From the IMG/VR virus record IMGVR_UViG_3300012663_001722, positions 1-64,000 of that record: a stretch of 64,000 bases of DNA; one strand, written 5' to 3'. Below are positions 24,022 through 32,968 of the stretch, piece by piece. The first letter of the stretch is position 1. The number at the start of each line of letters is the position of its first letter. Made by a program: the position numbers and the translations under genes. The notes below the pieces were generated by a model. It made no database searches. It was not told the origin of the DNA and saw nothing but the letters and a program-made list of their open reading frames with translations. Source of the stretch: a virus. Taxonomy: Duplodnaviria; Caudoviricetes.

Positions 24022-25617
24022 TTAGAAATTTTTAGCAACTCGAGCACGAATCTCACTTAGAGTTTCAACAACACATTCTTTACCATTTGCAAATACAGGA
24101 TAGAATGCGCAATTGCGAACTTCATCCCACGTTGCTTGATCTTTAAGCTCGAATCCATCTTCTGTTTCATAGACTGCAGTCAGACCTTTTGCACTCTTCT
24201 TCAGACCATTGTCAGTCTTAGGATCTTTGAAGATCTCTTTACCGACGATAGCTCCATTGAGCTCAACTTCACCATAGGTGCTCTTTACAGCAAAGCCATA
24301 GGTGTCACGAGTTACAATTGCATTAGGAGTTACAGCACCTTGATAGGTAAAGCTGCCAATACCAAAGACAATGTTGGTCGATGCAAAGCCTTTATCGGCG
24401 AGTCGTTGACAGATTTGCTCAGCGCGTTCAAGTGTAATACTGTCACCATAGATTGCACCAATGTGGCTGTCAAGCTGCTTATATCCAGTGCTGGTTTCGG
24501 TACCACCGAAGATTTCCCAAAGACACTGAATCATACCCTTGACTTCAAGCTCAGTGATTTCTTTGGTGTAAGGTGTTGGCGAGCCATTTTTATGCGATAC
24601 AATATCAAAGATGTAATATTTTCCATCGCGAACTTCATATTCATCAGGCAAATAGCCAGTCACAATCTTAACTGGATCACCACTGTCAGGACGAATCACA
24701 ACCTTACCATCACGTGCCATGATCTTATCCTTCAGCTGTGTGCAAATGCCTCCATCAGGATCGACAACATTCCAGAAGTCCCATGTGTCCGAGACAATCG
24801 AAACAATGCCGCTTGGATAGACTTCGCTAATAAGTCGTGTAAATGTACCAACTTCATCGTCGAGTCCGCCCATGCACATCACGCTGTGTTCTGTTGCAGC
24901 AACCGAACCACCGACGAGTTCTTTCTCAACATCAGCGCCATAATATTCCTCGAGGAAATCAATAGCAGGCAATGTATCAGTGCCAGTGAAGCTCAGTAAG
25001 TGAGCAGCTCCGCTCATAGATGCAGCCTCAAGACCAAAGTGGCCTCGGAAAGAGAAGTCGTGGCCTTGCCATGGCACAAAGTCAATCGCTTCAGGTGCAG
25101 TTTTTTGAGCCCAACGATTTAGGATTCGACGATACATCAATGCAGTTGTTGCGCTTGTGCAAGGCCCCCAGATTGTCGTACTTAAAATCGTTTCAATAGC
25201 ATTAGTCAGCCAGAAGAAACGAGGATCAGTATTCCATACGACAAACATTGGCACACGAAGATCAACGAGACTGCCTTCTGGCAAACTCCAGATTTCGAGA
25301 GGCAAATGGCCAAGAGCATGCAGATCACGAATGTGTGCATCACCAATCTGATTAGGCCCAAGATATGCAAGCAAGCGGCGAGCATATTTTGCTGTTACCT
25401 CATCCAATGGTCGCTCAAAGAAATTGCGATTCCAATCTTCAATCAAATAGCGCTTGATGAAATATTGCAAGCCAAAGAGTACGACCTTATCTTGACCCGC
25501 TACACGAGAGCCCCGCGCAGTAAGGTTACTAAAGACAAGTGTGCTGTTGCTTGGATATTGACGGCGATGGTCGACTTTATAGCCGTCGACAAGTAGTGGT
25601 GCTAGTGTATTATTCAT
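24022..25617 (-). CDS. Nicotinamide phosphoribosyltransferase-like (Nampt/Namat)
   Basis: DGYKVDH, HDFSFRG, GTDT, ATEHSVM, SIVSDTWD, VVIRPDSGDP, IYGDSIT, KKSAKG. Confidence 0.92.
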   Translation of the reverse strand: MNNTLAPLLVDGYKVDHRRQYPSNSTLVFSNLTARGSRVAGQDKVVLFGLQYFIKRYLIEDWNRNFFERPLDEVTAKYARRLLAYLGPNQIGDAHIRDLHALGHLPLEIWSLPEGSLVDLRVPMFVVWNTDPRFFWLTNAIETILSTTIWGPCTSATTALMYRRILNRWAQKTAPEAIDFVPWQGHDFSFRGHFGLEAASMSGAAHLLSFTGTDTLPAIDFLEEYYGADVEKELVGGSVAATEHSVMCMGGLDDEVGTFTRLISEVYPSGIVSIVSDTWDFWNVVDPDGGICTQLKDKIMARDGKVVIRPDSGDPVKIVTGYLPDEYEVRDGKYYIFDIVSHKNGSPTPYTKEITELEVKGMIQCLWEIFGGTETSTGYKQLDSHIGAIYGDSITLERAEQICQRLADKGFASTNIVFGIGSFTYQGAVTPNAIVTRDTYGFAVKSTYGEVELNGAIVGKEIFKDPKTDNGLKKSAKGLTAVYETEDGFELKDQATWDEVRNCAFYPVFANGKECVVETLSEIRARVAKNF

Positions 25618-25669
25618 TTTTGTTGAGTTTGATATTAAGTGAAAAGTTTAGGAGAGTGGCTTAGTGCGG

Positions 25670-26008
25670 TTATGCTGTTCGAGTATATCGATAAACATCA
25701 AGAGTTGCACCATGTTTTGGAGCAATATTTTGATAGGCATGAGAACCGAAGTGGAAACGTGCTGCCATCAGAGATTTCGCCCGTTCGCGATAAATCATAG
25801 CATTTGGATTGTTCTGACCGAGGCGAGCACGAACCTCGATTTTTAAAATTTTTGGCTTATATGAAGGATCCTGTAGAGCTAAGAGTCTCTGTGCAGCATT
25901 ATGCCGACGATTTTGTTGTCGAATTTCTACAATTTGAGCGAGGCCTTTTGCGTCATTTTGAACGCTAAAGAGATAGGAGTCAGTGCGATTAGTGTGAATT
26001 GTTTTCAT
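25670..26008 (-). CDS. Hypothetical early protein
   Basis: First gene after type I promoter. Confidence 0.65.
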   Translation of the reverse strand: MKTIHTNRTDSYLFSVQNDAKGLAQIVEIRQQNRRHNAAQRLLALQDPSYKPKILKIEVRARLGQNNPNAMIYRERAKSLMAARFHFGSHAYQNIAPKHGATLDVYRYTRTA

Positions 26009-26019
26009 AATATGTTAGA

Positions 26020-26117
26020 GATTGCTTACAGGGAAATAGTACCACAAATCACGCGATTTGTACACCTAAAAATGCATATTTTTTCACTTTTTTTAGGGGG
26101 CCCTGGGCTAGGCAGGG
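26020..26117 (-). promoter_or_regulatory. Early promoter type I with upstream GC-rich element
   Basis: -10 26036-26041, -35 26059-26064, GC element 26096-26117. Confidence 0.85.
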
Positions 26118-26161
26118 ATCATTAAGCTTACTTGATGATGATGATATTGTATCAGAGTTTG

Positions 26162-26410
26162 TTACCAACTTGCTGCAGTTTGGTAGCCGCTATCGTATTT
26201 GAATTGCGCGTAGTCCTTGATGAAGTCATCGAAGCTATCATAGCGTGCGCACCATTCAAAAGAGTTTCCGCGGTCACTTGCGTAAAAGCAATCGCAATCC
26301 TCTTCTCGATCAGTCTCAGCATTCCATCGAGATTCGACTTTGTGGGAGATACTCTCAATTGCAGCAATGCGTTTGATGATTGCGATTTCTTCAGGAGTTA
26401 CTTTGGTCAT
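26162..26410 (-). CDS. Hypothetical protein
   Basis: 82 aa, flanked by junction motifs. Confidence 0.6.
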   Translation of the reverse strand: MTKVTPEEIAIIKRIAAIESISHKVESRWNAETDREEDCDCFYASDRGNSFEWCARYDSFDDFIKDYAQFKYDSGYQTAASW

Positions 26411-26433
26411 AATGTTATTGTATTAGAGTTCGT

Positions 26434-26688
26434 TTAGTAAGCGCGTGCTACTGCGTAAAACTTTCCGTCGATGTTTTTTTCGATGTCCCAATAGACTCGA
26501 CGATTGCCGCATGTGCAACGACGATCAAAGCCGTCCCAGCCGCTGCACTCAATTTGACTTTCTTCAAGCCACTCATTGCAATTCATACCATCGAATTCGA
26601 CATCGCCATTCTCTTGGGCATAGTCTTCGGCAGCTTTGATTGCTTCTTCAGGAGTGTTGAATGTTGCGGACCAATAGTTGTTGTTCAT
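26434..26688 (-). CDS. Hypothetical protein, Cys-containing
   Basis: GMNC..CSGWDG.DRRCTCGNRRVYW pattern. Confidence 0.65.
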   Translation of the reverse strand: MNNNYWSATFNTPEEAIKAAEDYAQENGDVEFDGMNCNEWLEESQIECSGWDGFDRRCTCGNRRVYWDIEKNIDGKFYAVARAY

Positions 26689-26710
26689 AATATTATTGTA
26701 TTAGAGTTTG

Positions 26711-26899
26711 TTACCAGTAAGTGTAGATGAGAATCGTTCCATCCTCGTGACGGTACCTAGCATTCACATAATTCTGAACGCAGCTATCATCGCATGTTTC
26801 GAACACTCCCAAACGCTCTTGAAGGTCTCTCATTGCATCGACATAGGCTTTACATGCTAATGCTGCTTCGTCGCGTGTGTTGTAAATGATTTCGGTCAT
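26711..26899 (-). CDS. Hypothetical protein
   Basis: 62 aa, flanked by junction-like motifs. Confidence 0.55.
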   Translation of the reverse strand: MTEIIYNTRDEAALACKAYVDAMRDLQERLGVFETCDDSCVQNYVNARYRHEDGTILIYTYW

Positions 26900-27168
26900 A
26901 ATATTATTGTATTGTAGTTCCCAGGTTTAGCTGCTTTAAGAGCTTTGAGTGCTGCAGCGTTATCATTGAAGGTGCCAACTGGAGTTACAAAGCCTCCGAA
27001 GTTTTCAAGCACCTCGTTGCGTACAACATAGTGAGTTACCTGACCATCACGGACACGAAAGCCAATCCAGCGAGCTTGATACACTCCATCCTTTTTAGCC
27101 TTAGCCTTCTCTTGAATGAAGAGGCGATTGGCTTGGTTGAGTTGCCCGTAGAAAATGACTTCTTTCAT
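26896..27168 (-). CDS. Hypothetical protein
   Basis: 90 aa, coupled. Confidence 0.6.
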   Translation of the reverse strand: MKEVIFYGQLNQANRLFIQEKAKAKKDGVYQARWIGFRVRDGQVTHYVVRNEVLENFGGFVTPVGTFNDNAAALKALKAAKPGNYNTIIL

Positions 27169-27398
27169 GCTGGTAATACGGTTGCTGTTCCTAATTCCGT
27201 GTCGAACTCAATAAAGATATACTCGCTGTATTTAATCCATTTTTCTAGCTGTTCGTTAATCTTCTTGTATCGTGATTCAATCAATGATTCCGATTCGTCA
27301 TCATCCAATCCTTCCATTTCTAGGACTTGGTTTTCTGCCGCTTCACGTATCATTTCGCATACGCCGTCAGGGTCTTTTAGTGTTAGTTTTAGTTTCAT
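27165..27398 (-). CDS. Hypothetical early protein
   Basis: MKLKLTLKDPDGV..KWIKYSEY..IEFDTE; start refined. Confidence 0.65.
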   Translation of the reverse strand: MKLKLTLKDPDGVCEMIREAAENQVLEMEGLDDDESESLIESRYKKINEQLEKWIKYSEYIFIEFDTELGTATVLPA

Positions 27399-27404
27399 GC
27401 TGTG

Positions 27405-27485
27405 GTGTTGCTTACAAGGATATTCTACCACAAAACGAGCAAAAAGTACACAACTTTTTTCAAAAAAGTGCGTTTTTTCTCACTT
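27405..27485 (-). promoter_or_regulatory. Early promoter (TGTACT-17-TAGAAT), no GC element
   Basis: -10 27422-27427, -35 27445-27450, shared GTAAGCAAC leader. Confidence 0.7.
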
Positions 27486-27486
27486 T

Positions 27487-28434
27487 TTATAGCCCAATTG
27501 GCCAAATCGTGAGATTCTTGAGACCGGCATGAGAGATTTTGCGGCTATTCGTGATGTAAACACCATCAAACTCGCCGCACATCTTGACTACTCCCTTAAG
27601 GCAATCAGCATGCGAGACGCTCAAATAGACTCTTTTTGCGCCGACCTCTTTGAGCTTAGAGTTGAGTCCAATAAAGGTGCCGCCCATGCTCACAATGTCA
27701 TCAAAGATTATGCAGTTATATTCGCTGAGGTTGCGATCATCGGCATGAACTTTAAAGCTTTGCAATTCACCTGTAGCAAGATCACGAACTTTCTCGCAAT
27801 TGACTACGTCAAAATTATGGAATGTTGCAAACGTTGCTTTAAGATGTTTGACGATCTTTTCAATGCGTTTGCCTGCTCCAGCGTCTGGACAGATAATCAT
27901 AAAGCTATTCACTCCAGTTTTTTGATAGATGTCAGCTACAGCCTTTTCGGCATAGACAAGATCGTCAAGAAGCTCAACATTATTGATGAGTGCTGGAGTA
28001 ACATCGCTATGAGGAGTTAGGATATACACAGCATCAAAATTGCAACGATTAATCATATCAGCATAGACTTTGACTGTCAAGCTTTCGCCTTCATTGCAAA
28101 CACGATCTTGACGTGCGCCAGGAAAATAAGGCAAAACGAGACTAATGTTTTTGAATCCAAGACGACGAGCTGCATCAGATGCAATTACAACTCTGAAAAA
28201 GTCTTCGACATTATCTGCGCGTTGTGTAATAAACAATTGAGCATTAGGATCTTGAGTTGCATCAGCTAGATGGTCAGTGAATCTTAAATATGGCTCACCG
28301 CCTAGAAAGGTGCTTTGCTTGATCGCGAGATGAAACTTTTCATCTGAATTCACCGGTGTGAAGTCAGGGTCGAGGTTAGCGATAAAAATTTGTGTGGTGC
28401 TAACGGCCCACTTTAGGTGTAATTGTTTTTTCAT
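27487..28434 (-). CDS. Ribose-phosphate pyrophosphokinase-like (Prs/Adps)
   Basis: FLGGE, LPYFPGARQDR, PHS, PDAGA, IFDDIVSMGGTF, VSH. Confidence 0.9.
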   Translation of the reverse strand: MKKQLHLKWAVSTTQIFIANLDPDFTPVNSDEKFHLAIKQSTFLGGEPYLRFTDHLADATQDPNAQLFITQRADNVEDFFRVVIASDAARRLGFKNISLVLPYFPGARQDRVCNEGESLTVKVYADMINRCNFDAVYILTPHSDVTPALINNVELLDDLVYAEKAVADIYQKTGVNSFMIICPDAGAGKRIEKIVKHLKATFATFHNFDVVNCEKVRDLATGELQSFKVHADDRNLSEYNCIIFDDIVSMGGTFIGLNSKLKEVGAKRVYLSVSHADCLKGVVKMCGEFDGVYITNSRKISHAGLKNLTIWPIGL

Positions 28435-28676
28435 AAATTGTTTTTCTTAGGTCCACATATAGCCACTTTAGTAAATGTTTTTGTAAAAAGTTCATTGTCA
28501 ATTGTATTTGCAACAGCTGTTAACTGTACATGATTTGGTATATTTGTTGCAAGGAATTCTCGATCGAGAAAATCAATATTTTTCCAAATCTCCCGCCTAA
28601 ATTTTGTTTGAAAACCACAGTCTTCTTCCATTGCATGCCAGTAATCATCATCAAGTTTAGTGGCAATGCAGATCAT
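28431..28676 (-). CDS. Hypothetical protein
   Basis: 81 aa coupled ORF. Confidence 0.5.
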   Translation of the reverse strand: MICIATKLDDDYWHAMEEDCGFQTKFRREIWKNIDFLDREFLATNIPNHVQLTAVANTIDNELFTKTFTKVAICGPKKNNL

Positions 28677-28853
28677 AACATATGTGGCTCTGAGCCAAAA
28701 ACTACGTTGCTGCTATATCTCTCAGCGTTATAAACAAAGTTCATAATATTGCCCCATGGACTTACTTCAGTATCTTCGCATTCAGTCTCAGAAACTAAGA
28801 CCCAACCATATTTTGGATCAGTATAGACCCACGCTTGTTCTTCCATAATTAGT

Positions 28854-29075
28854 TTAATAATTTTTGAAAACTCCAGTGCTTTCTTGATATTTGAATCCTT
28901 TACGATATTCCTCGATCTCTTCAGAGGTCAAGTTCTCAACCTTTTCTCCGACATATGTGCCAGCTGGGTACCAGTGTGGTTCAAAAGCTCGGCGATAATA
29001 GGCATCGGCCGATCCGCGATCAAAGAGTGAGCCGTTTTTGTTGCGATCAAATTGTGGTGGGAAGAAGTCTTTCAT
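28854..29075 (-). CDS. Hypothetical early protein
   Basis: GSLFDRGSADAYYRR..PH.Y...EEYRKGF motif; start refined. Confidence 0.7.
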   Translation of the reverse strand: MKDFFPPQFDRNKNGSLFDRGSADAYYRRAFEPHWYPAGTYVGEKVENLTSEEIEEYRKGFKYQESTGVFKNY

Positions 29076-29084
29076 AATGTGGTG

Positions 29085-29210
29085 TTGCTTACAGGGAAAT
29101 AGTACCACAAATCACGCGATTTGTACACCTAAAAATGCATATTTTTTCACTTTTTTTCAAAAAATAAGGGGCCCCAGCAGGACCCCTAAGTTTTTATGGG
29201 CCCCCAGCCC
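29085..29210 (-). promoter_or_regulatory. Early promoter type I with upstream GC-rich element
   Basis: -10 29099-29104, -35 29122-29127, GC element 29168-29210. Confidence 0.85.
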
Positions 29211-29897
29211 TTAGTTTTTTGCCTTTTGTGCTCTTTTTTTGGTTTTTGCAGGCTCAGCTGTAGCAGCTGCAGCAGCAGCTTCGACCGCAGCAGCCTCTAC
29301 CTCAAGCAATGCATTTCGGGCATTTAGTCTTTCAACGACTACATTGCAATCCATCCAAATATCTTTGTCATCAATCAGGCTGTCAATTTCCTCTTCAGTC
29401 AAAAAGTTCTTATAGGCTTTACGCAAGATGTGTTCACTCCATTTGCGCTGATGAATAACGCTCTGATACATTTCACCGCCTTTGCCAACTACACCGCCGC
29501 TATAGTTATGAAATAGGAAAGCGCTATGTTCATTTACAAGATATTCGTCACCTGCTAAAAAGATTAGCGTTGCTGCACTCATGCATGCTCCTGCTACATT
29601 CATAACCAAATGAGCATTGCTTATTTCAAATGCCTGTAGCAATTGAACAGCAGTAAAGAGATTGCCACCTGGACTATTAATGTTGATTTTAATAATATCG
29701 CTCTCACGAGCATTGCTTATGATATGAAACCATTCAATATAATCTTCGGGATCACCGATCTCACCACAGAGATAAAATTCAATTAGATTGCCATAGTCTC
29801 CAATATAGACATCTTTTCCTTTAGAAAAAATATCTTCAATTGAATTTATTTTGGCTGTTGTGGGCTTGCTATTGTTGAGCACGATTTGTTTTGTCAT
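29211..29897 (-). CDS. ClpP-like serine protease
   Basis: INSPGG, ACMSAAT (catalytic Ser), LFHN (His), KDIWM. Confidence 0.85.
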   Translation of the reverse strand: MTKQIVLNNSKPTTAKINSIEDIFSKGKDVYIGDYGNLIEFYLCGEIGDPEDYIEWFHIISNARESDIIKININSPGGNLFTAVQLLQAFEISNAHLVMNVAGACMSAATLIFLAGDEYLVNEHSAFLFHNYSGGVVGKGGEMYQSVIHQRKWSEHILRKAYKNFLTEEEIDSLIDDKDIWMDCNVVVERLNARNALLEVEAAAVEAAAAAATAEPAKTKKRAQKAKN

Positions 29898-29901
29898 AGA
29901 T

Positions 29902-30579
29902 TTACTTATTCGTTAGATAGTATTGTGTTAGAGTATCATATAATGGCTTAATAAAGTTTTTGGTCTTTTCAATAAAGACAATTGGTTGCGGATCATCATC
30001 AACTGCCATAATAATAACGATCTGATTGATCTTGATGCCTGTGCGCTCTTCAAACATAATCGCATAGGCCGTAGCTTGTTGAAAATAGTTTGAAATGTCT
30101 TCAGCACTCTTGCGGCGACGACTAGTTTTAAAATCAACAATACTATATGTGCCATTATAGTTTGCAACAAGATCAACGCGACCAGCTGTGCGTAGCGTAT
30201 CACTATATAGTGGACACTCTTGTAAGATCACTTCATTAATGTGACTATCAAGTATGGGACGTATGCTCTTAAAAAGAGCGCGTTGATGAGGCATATCACT
30301 TGGCAGAAAATAGTCTGGATTGTTGTCAAGATAGCGTTCAACAATCTCATGCATTGCTGTGCCTCGAGTTGCAGCATGACGGCATATTCGATCTGCCTCT
30401 GCATCTCCTACATTTTCACGCCAGGTTTTTAAGTGATCTTTGCCTATGCTGCCAAGTATTGTGGTAATGCTAGCATATGCTGCACCGTCTGGTGTTACAT
30501 ATCGACGACCATTTTCGCCATTCTCGACAGCTAAATCACTATAGCCAAGATCAACTGGCGAATGTTTGAATCGATTCAT
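29902..30579 (-). CDS. PD-(D/E)XK exonuclease (T4-like phage exonuclease)
   Basis: YASITTIL, RGTAMH, AGRVDLV, IVDFKTS, QATAYA. Confidence 0.85.
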   Translation of the reverse strand: MNRFKHSPVDLGYSDLAVENGENGRRYVTPDGAAYASITTILGSIGKDHLKTWRENVGDAEADRICRHAATRGTAMHEIVERYLDNNPDYFLPSDMPHQRALFKSIRPILDSHINEVILQECPLYSDTLRTAGRVDLVANYNGTYSIVDFKTSRRRKSAEDISNYFQQATAYAIMFEERTGIKINQIVIIMAVDDDPQPIVFIEKTKNFIKPLYDTLTQYYLTNK

Positions 30580-30638
30580 TTGTCTCTTTTTGGACCGCCT
30601 CGTTTGTCTTTGTTTCGATCACCTTTGGATTTTCCCAT
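30576..30638 (-). CDS. Tiny basic peptide (20 aa)
   Basis: MGKSKGDRNKDKRGGPKRDK; stop overlaps next ATG (ATGA). Confidence 0.35.
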   Translation of the reverse strand: MGKSKGDRNKDKRGGPKRDK

Positions 30639-30716
30639 AGTCTTTATAGATTAAAGGTTTTATTTAATTGTTCCAATGTCTAATTGTATTAGCAATAATG
30701 AAAAAGCTGCATGCAA

Positions 30717-30980
30717 TTAGAGAGTTTCAATGGTGTTTTTTCGACCTGATTGTTTTTTTACTTTGTTAAGAACATCATTCCAGCCAGAGCCAGCACGGCG
30801 TATAACACTAACAACACCGCCACCATCATAGCTTACACTTGGTGCAGCTAGACAACGAACGATTTTGCCCTCTGTCCCACAATGCGGACATGGGCTTTGT
30901 GTTGGAAGATCACGATCAGCTAGTCTTACGCTCTGTTCCCAACGGGTGTCGCAATCGCTGCAATGATAATCATAGTTCAT
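30717..30980 (-). CDS. FmdB-family zinc-ribbon protein
   Basis: YDYHCSDC..PCPHCG..GWNDVL. Confidence 0.8.
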   Translation of the reverse strand: MNYDYHCSDCDTRWEQSVRLADRDLPTQSPCPHCGTEGKIVRCLAAPSVSYDGGGVVSVIRRAGSGWNDVLNKVKKQSGRKNTIETL

Positions 30981-30981
30981 A

Positions 30982-31431
30982 TTAAATTAAATTAGGAAAT
31001 GCCTTTTGAACAAGAGCTTCTGTAAGTTTAGGATAAAGATTCTGCAACTTTTTGTCTTTCATCGCAATAAGAATTTTTGCATCAGCTGGATGACATGTTT
31101 CAAGAAGCTTGATAAACACAGTCTCACGCTTTACGCTGCCAATTTGTTTTTTAGCGCCCTTAACAAGATATGCCAAATCAAAGATCGCCTTTTCAATGTG
31201 GCGATATTGCATGCCTGCGATATCTGGTTGCAGACTATATGGCGGTGCTCCTTCCGGCAAATCAAAAGTTACGCTACTCTTATAGTTGGCTTGCAAGATT
31301 GTCTTGATTGCAAATGTGCTGTATTGTTGTAAAATAGCGGCGCGATCATCGATATTTTTTGCTTCACTTACCAATACGAAAACTTCGTGTGGCAATTTAA
31401 CCTGATTATGTTTTGCTGTTTGTTCTTTCAT
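30982..31431 (-). CDS. Conserved T4-like hypothetical protein
   Basis: LPEGAPPY..RET.FI.LLETCHP.DA.ILIAMKDKKL; start refined. Confidence 0.75.
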   Translation of the reverse strand: MKEQTAKHNQVKLPHEVFVLVSEAKNIDDRAAILQQYSTFAIKTILQANYKSSVTFDLPEGAPPYSLQPDIAGMQYRHIEKAIFDLAYLVKGAKKQIGSVKRETVFIKLLETCHPADAKILIAMKDKKLQNLYPKLTEALVQKAFPNLI

Positions 31432-32294
31432 TTTTTTACGAAAAATTCTTCTGCAGAACCAACCAATTGATTGCACCGTTTGCTAATCAAATAGTTTAGA
31501 ACCTTAGAATTGTTTTTTGCACTCTTACGTGCATATTCTTCATTTATAGAATTAATTAAATCCTCTGGAATTTGAGTCAAGTCAATCATCTTCATATTGC
31601 GCATATAGTTTCGATATGTCTCAGAATTCAAATATTCACTTGGCTGTTTAGTTTTACTTGCTTCATACCATGAGTCAAGAGTTTTACTTGATAATGGCTT
31701 TTGACGGCTGCCGCTTACAAAGACACTATCTTCGCTAAGAACGTTTGGCACACCATCACTTGTATCACCTCGCATAATATGTTCAAAGAGCATGCGATGC
31801 GGGTTTTTCTCAACAATCTTTTTCTTAAGTGCTGGACTAAATTGTTCAACATTGCTATAGCGCTGCAACTGACCAAAATCTTTATCGCTACTAATAATCA
31901 TAATTGGCTCGCTCTGGCCAAATTCTTGTGTATTTGCTACAAGCGTTGCAATAATATCATCAGCCTCTGCACCTCGGACTTGCAGCACTCGATATGGCAT
32001 AAATTCATCAATCTCTGCTTTTACAGTATTGATAATCTCATAGATCTCTTTCCAATCTCGATCGCTTGACTCGCGATTGGTTTTACGTGAAGCTTTATAT
32101 TCTGCAAAAACAGTTTTGCGCCAGCTATTGCTATCACAAACAATAACCGTTTCTCCATAGTTGTCGCGATATTTTGCATTATACATGCGTAAGCTATTTA
32201 AGATCATGTGCCGCACAAGAGCCTCATTGAGGTTTTGTTTTGGTTGTGAAAGTACGCTGCTAATGCAAATGCCCGAAAAGTCAATAATTGTCAT
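31428..32294 (-). CDS. rnh: T4-type RNase H (5'-3' exonuclease)
   Basis: IDFS, WRK.VF.EYKA.R, EADDII, SSDKDF.QL, GDTSDGVPN. Confidence 0.92.
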   Translation of the reverse strand: MTIIDFSGICISSVLSQPKQNLNEALVRHMILNSLRMYNAKYRDNYGETVIVCDSNSWRKTVFAEYKASRKTNRESSDRDWKEIYEIINTVKAEIDEFMPYRVLQVRGAEADDIIATLVANTQEFGQSEPIMIISSDKDFGQLQRYSNVEQFSPALKKKIVEKNPHRMLFEHIMRGDTSDGVPNVLSEDSVFVSGSRQKPLSSKTLDSWYEASKTKQPSEYLNSETYRNYMRNMKMIDLTQIPEDLINSINEEYARKSAKNNSKVLNYLISKRCNQLVGSAEEFFVKK

Positions 32295-32301
32295 ACGTTC
32301 T

Positions 32302-32745
32302 CTATTCTACACAAGAATTAGAATTTGTAAACTCTTTTTTTAATTTTTTTACGTGGTTGCGGTGAATGCGCGCCTGTATAATGCCATTGTAATAGCTGTC
32401 ATCTAGGAGGACTTGTCGATCCATTTGTTCCTTAAGCTCCAAATAGCCCATAACACCAGCAGTCTCGCAAAGATGAAGTATCTCCCTAGAAAAGCGACTG
32501 GCTCCAAATTCTTCAACAAGTGCCTGGGTTTCTGTTGAACTGCCAAAATAGTTTTTCCAGTCGCTTTCCTTTACGCTCCGACGTTTTCGAGTTTTGCCCT
32601 TTAATGGTGCTTTGGTTACTTTGCTCCAGAACTTTTTCTTGCCAATGTATTTTTTACCATTCACAAGATCTGTAAGAAGATAGACAAATCCAAGATATTC
32701 GCCTATCATCTCACTTGTAAACTCCGTATCATTATAAATCCACAT
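32302..32745 (-). CDS. GIY-YIG-family nuclease-like protein
   Basis: GFVY..KKYIGKK..WKNYFGS..YYN. Confidence 0.75.
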   Translation of the reverse strand: MWIYNDTEFTSEMIGEYLGFVYLLTDLVNGKKYIGKKKFWSKVTKAPLKGKTRKRRSVKESDWKNYFGSSTETQALVEEFGASRFSREILHLCETAGVMGYLELKEQMDRQVLLDDSYYNGIIQARIHRNHVKKLKKEFTNSNSCVE

Positions 32746-32761
32746 ATTTTATCTATGACTC

Positions 32762-32965
32762 TCAATAATCATCAATGTCACAAATATCGTCTTCACAAAT
32801 ATCTGATCCGCAAAATGGACAATATCGAGGCTCGCGGCATTCTTCAAGATCATTATAAATCTCTTGATCAAGCTCTTCTACATCTGCGCTCCAAAGATCA
32901 TCACTATCATCCCATGTTAGTTCATAGACCAATCTGCAGCAACTACATTTAAACTTTTCAACCAT
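32762..32965 (-). CDS. Small zinc-ribbon protein
   Basis: CSCC..CPFCG, acidic. Confidence 0.65.
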   Translation of the reverse strand: MVEKFKCSCCRLVYELTWDDSDDLWSADVEELDQEIYNDLEECREPRYCPFCGSDICEDDICDIDDY

Positions 32966-32968
32966 AAT

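Noticed and set aside
24136-24999. 287-aa plus-strand ORF
   Set aside because: Antisense to the clearly conserved Nampt-like gene, no motifs; same for 62496..63248, 41005..41550 and the other plus-strand ORFs
28673-28847. Possible frameshifted small gene (MEEQAWVYTDPKYG / WVLVSETEC...)
   Set aside because: An in-frame ATG at 28810 explains the second part, so a frameshift is not required; too short to judge
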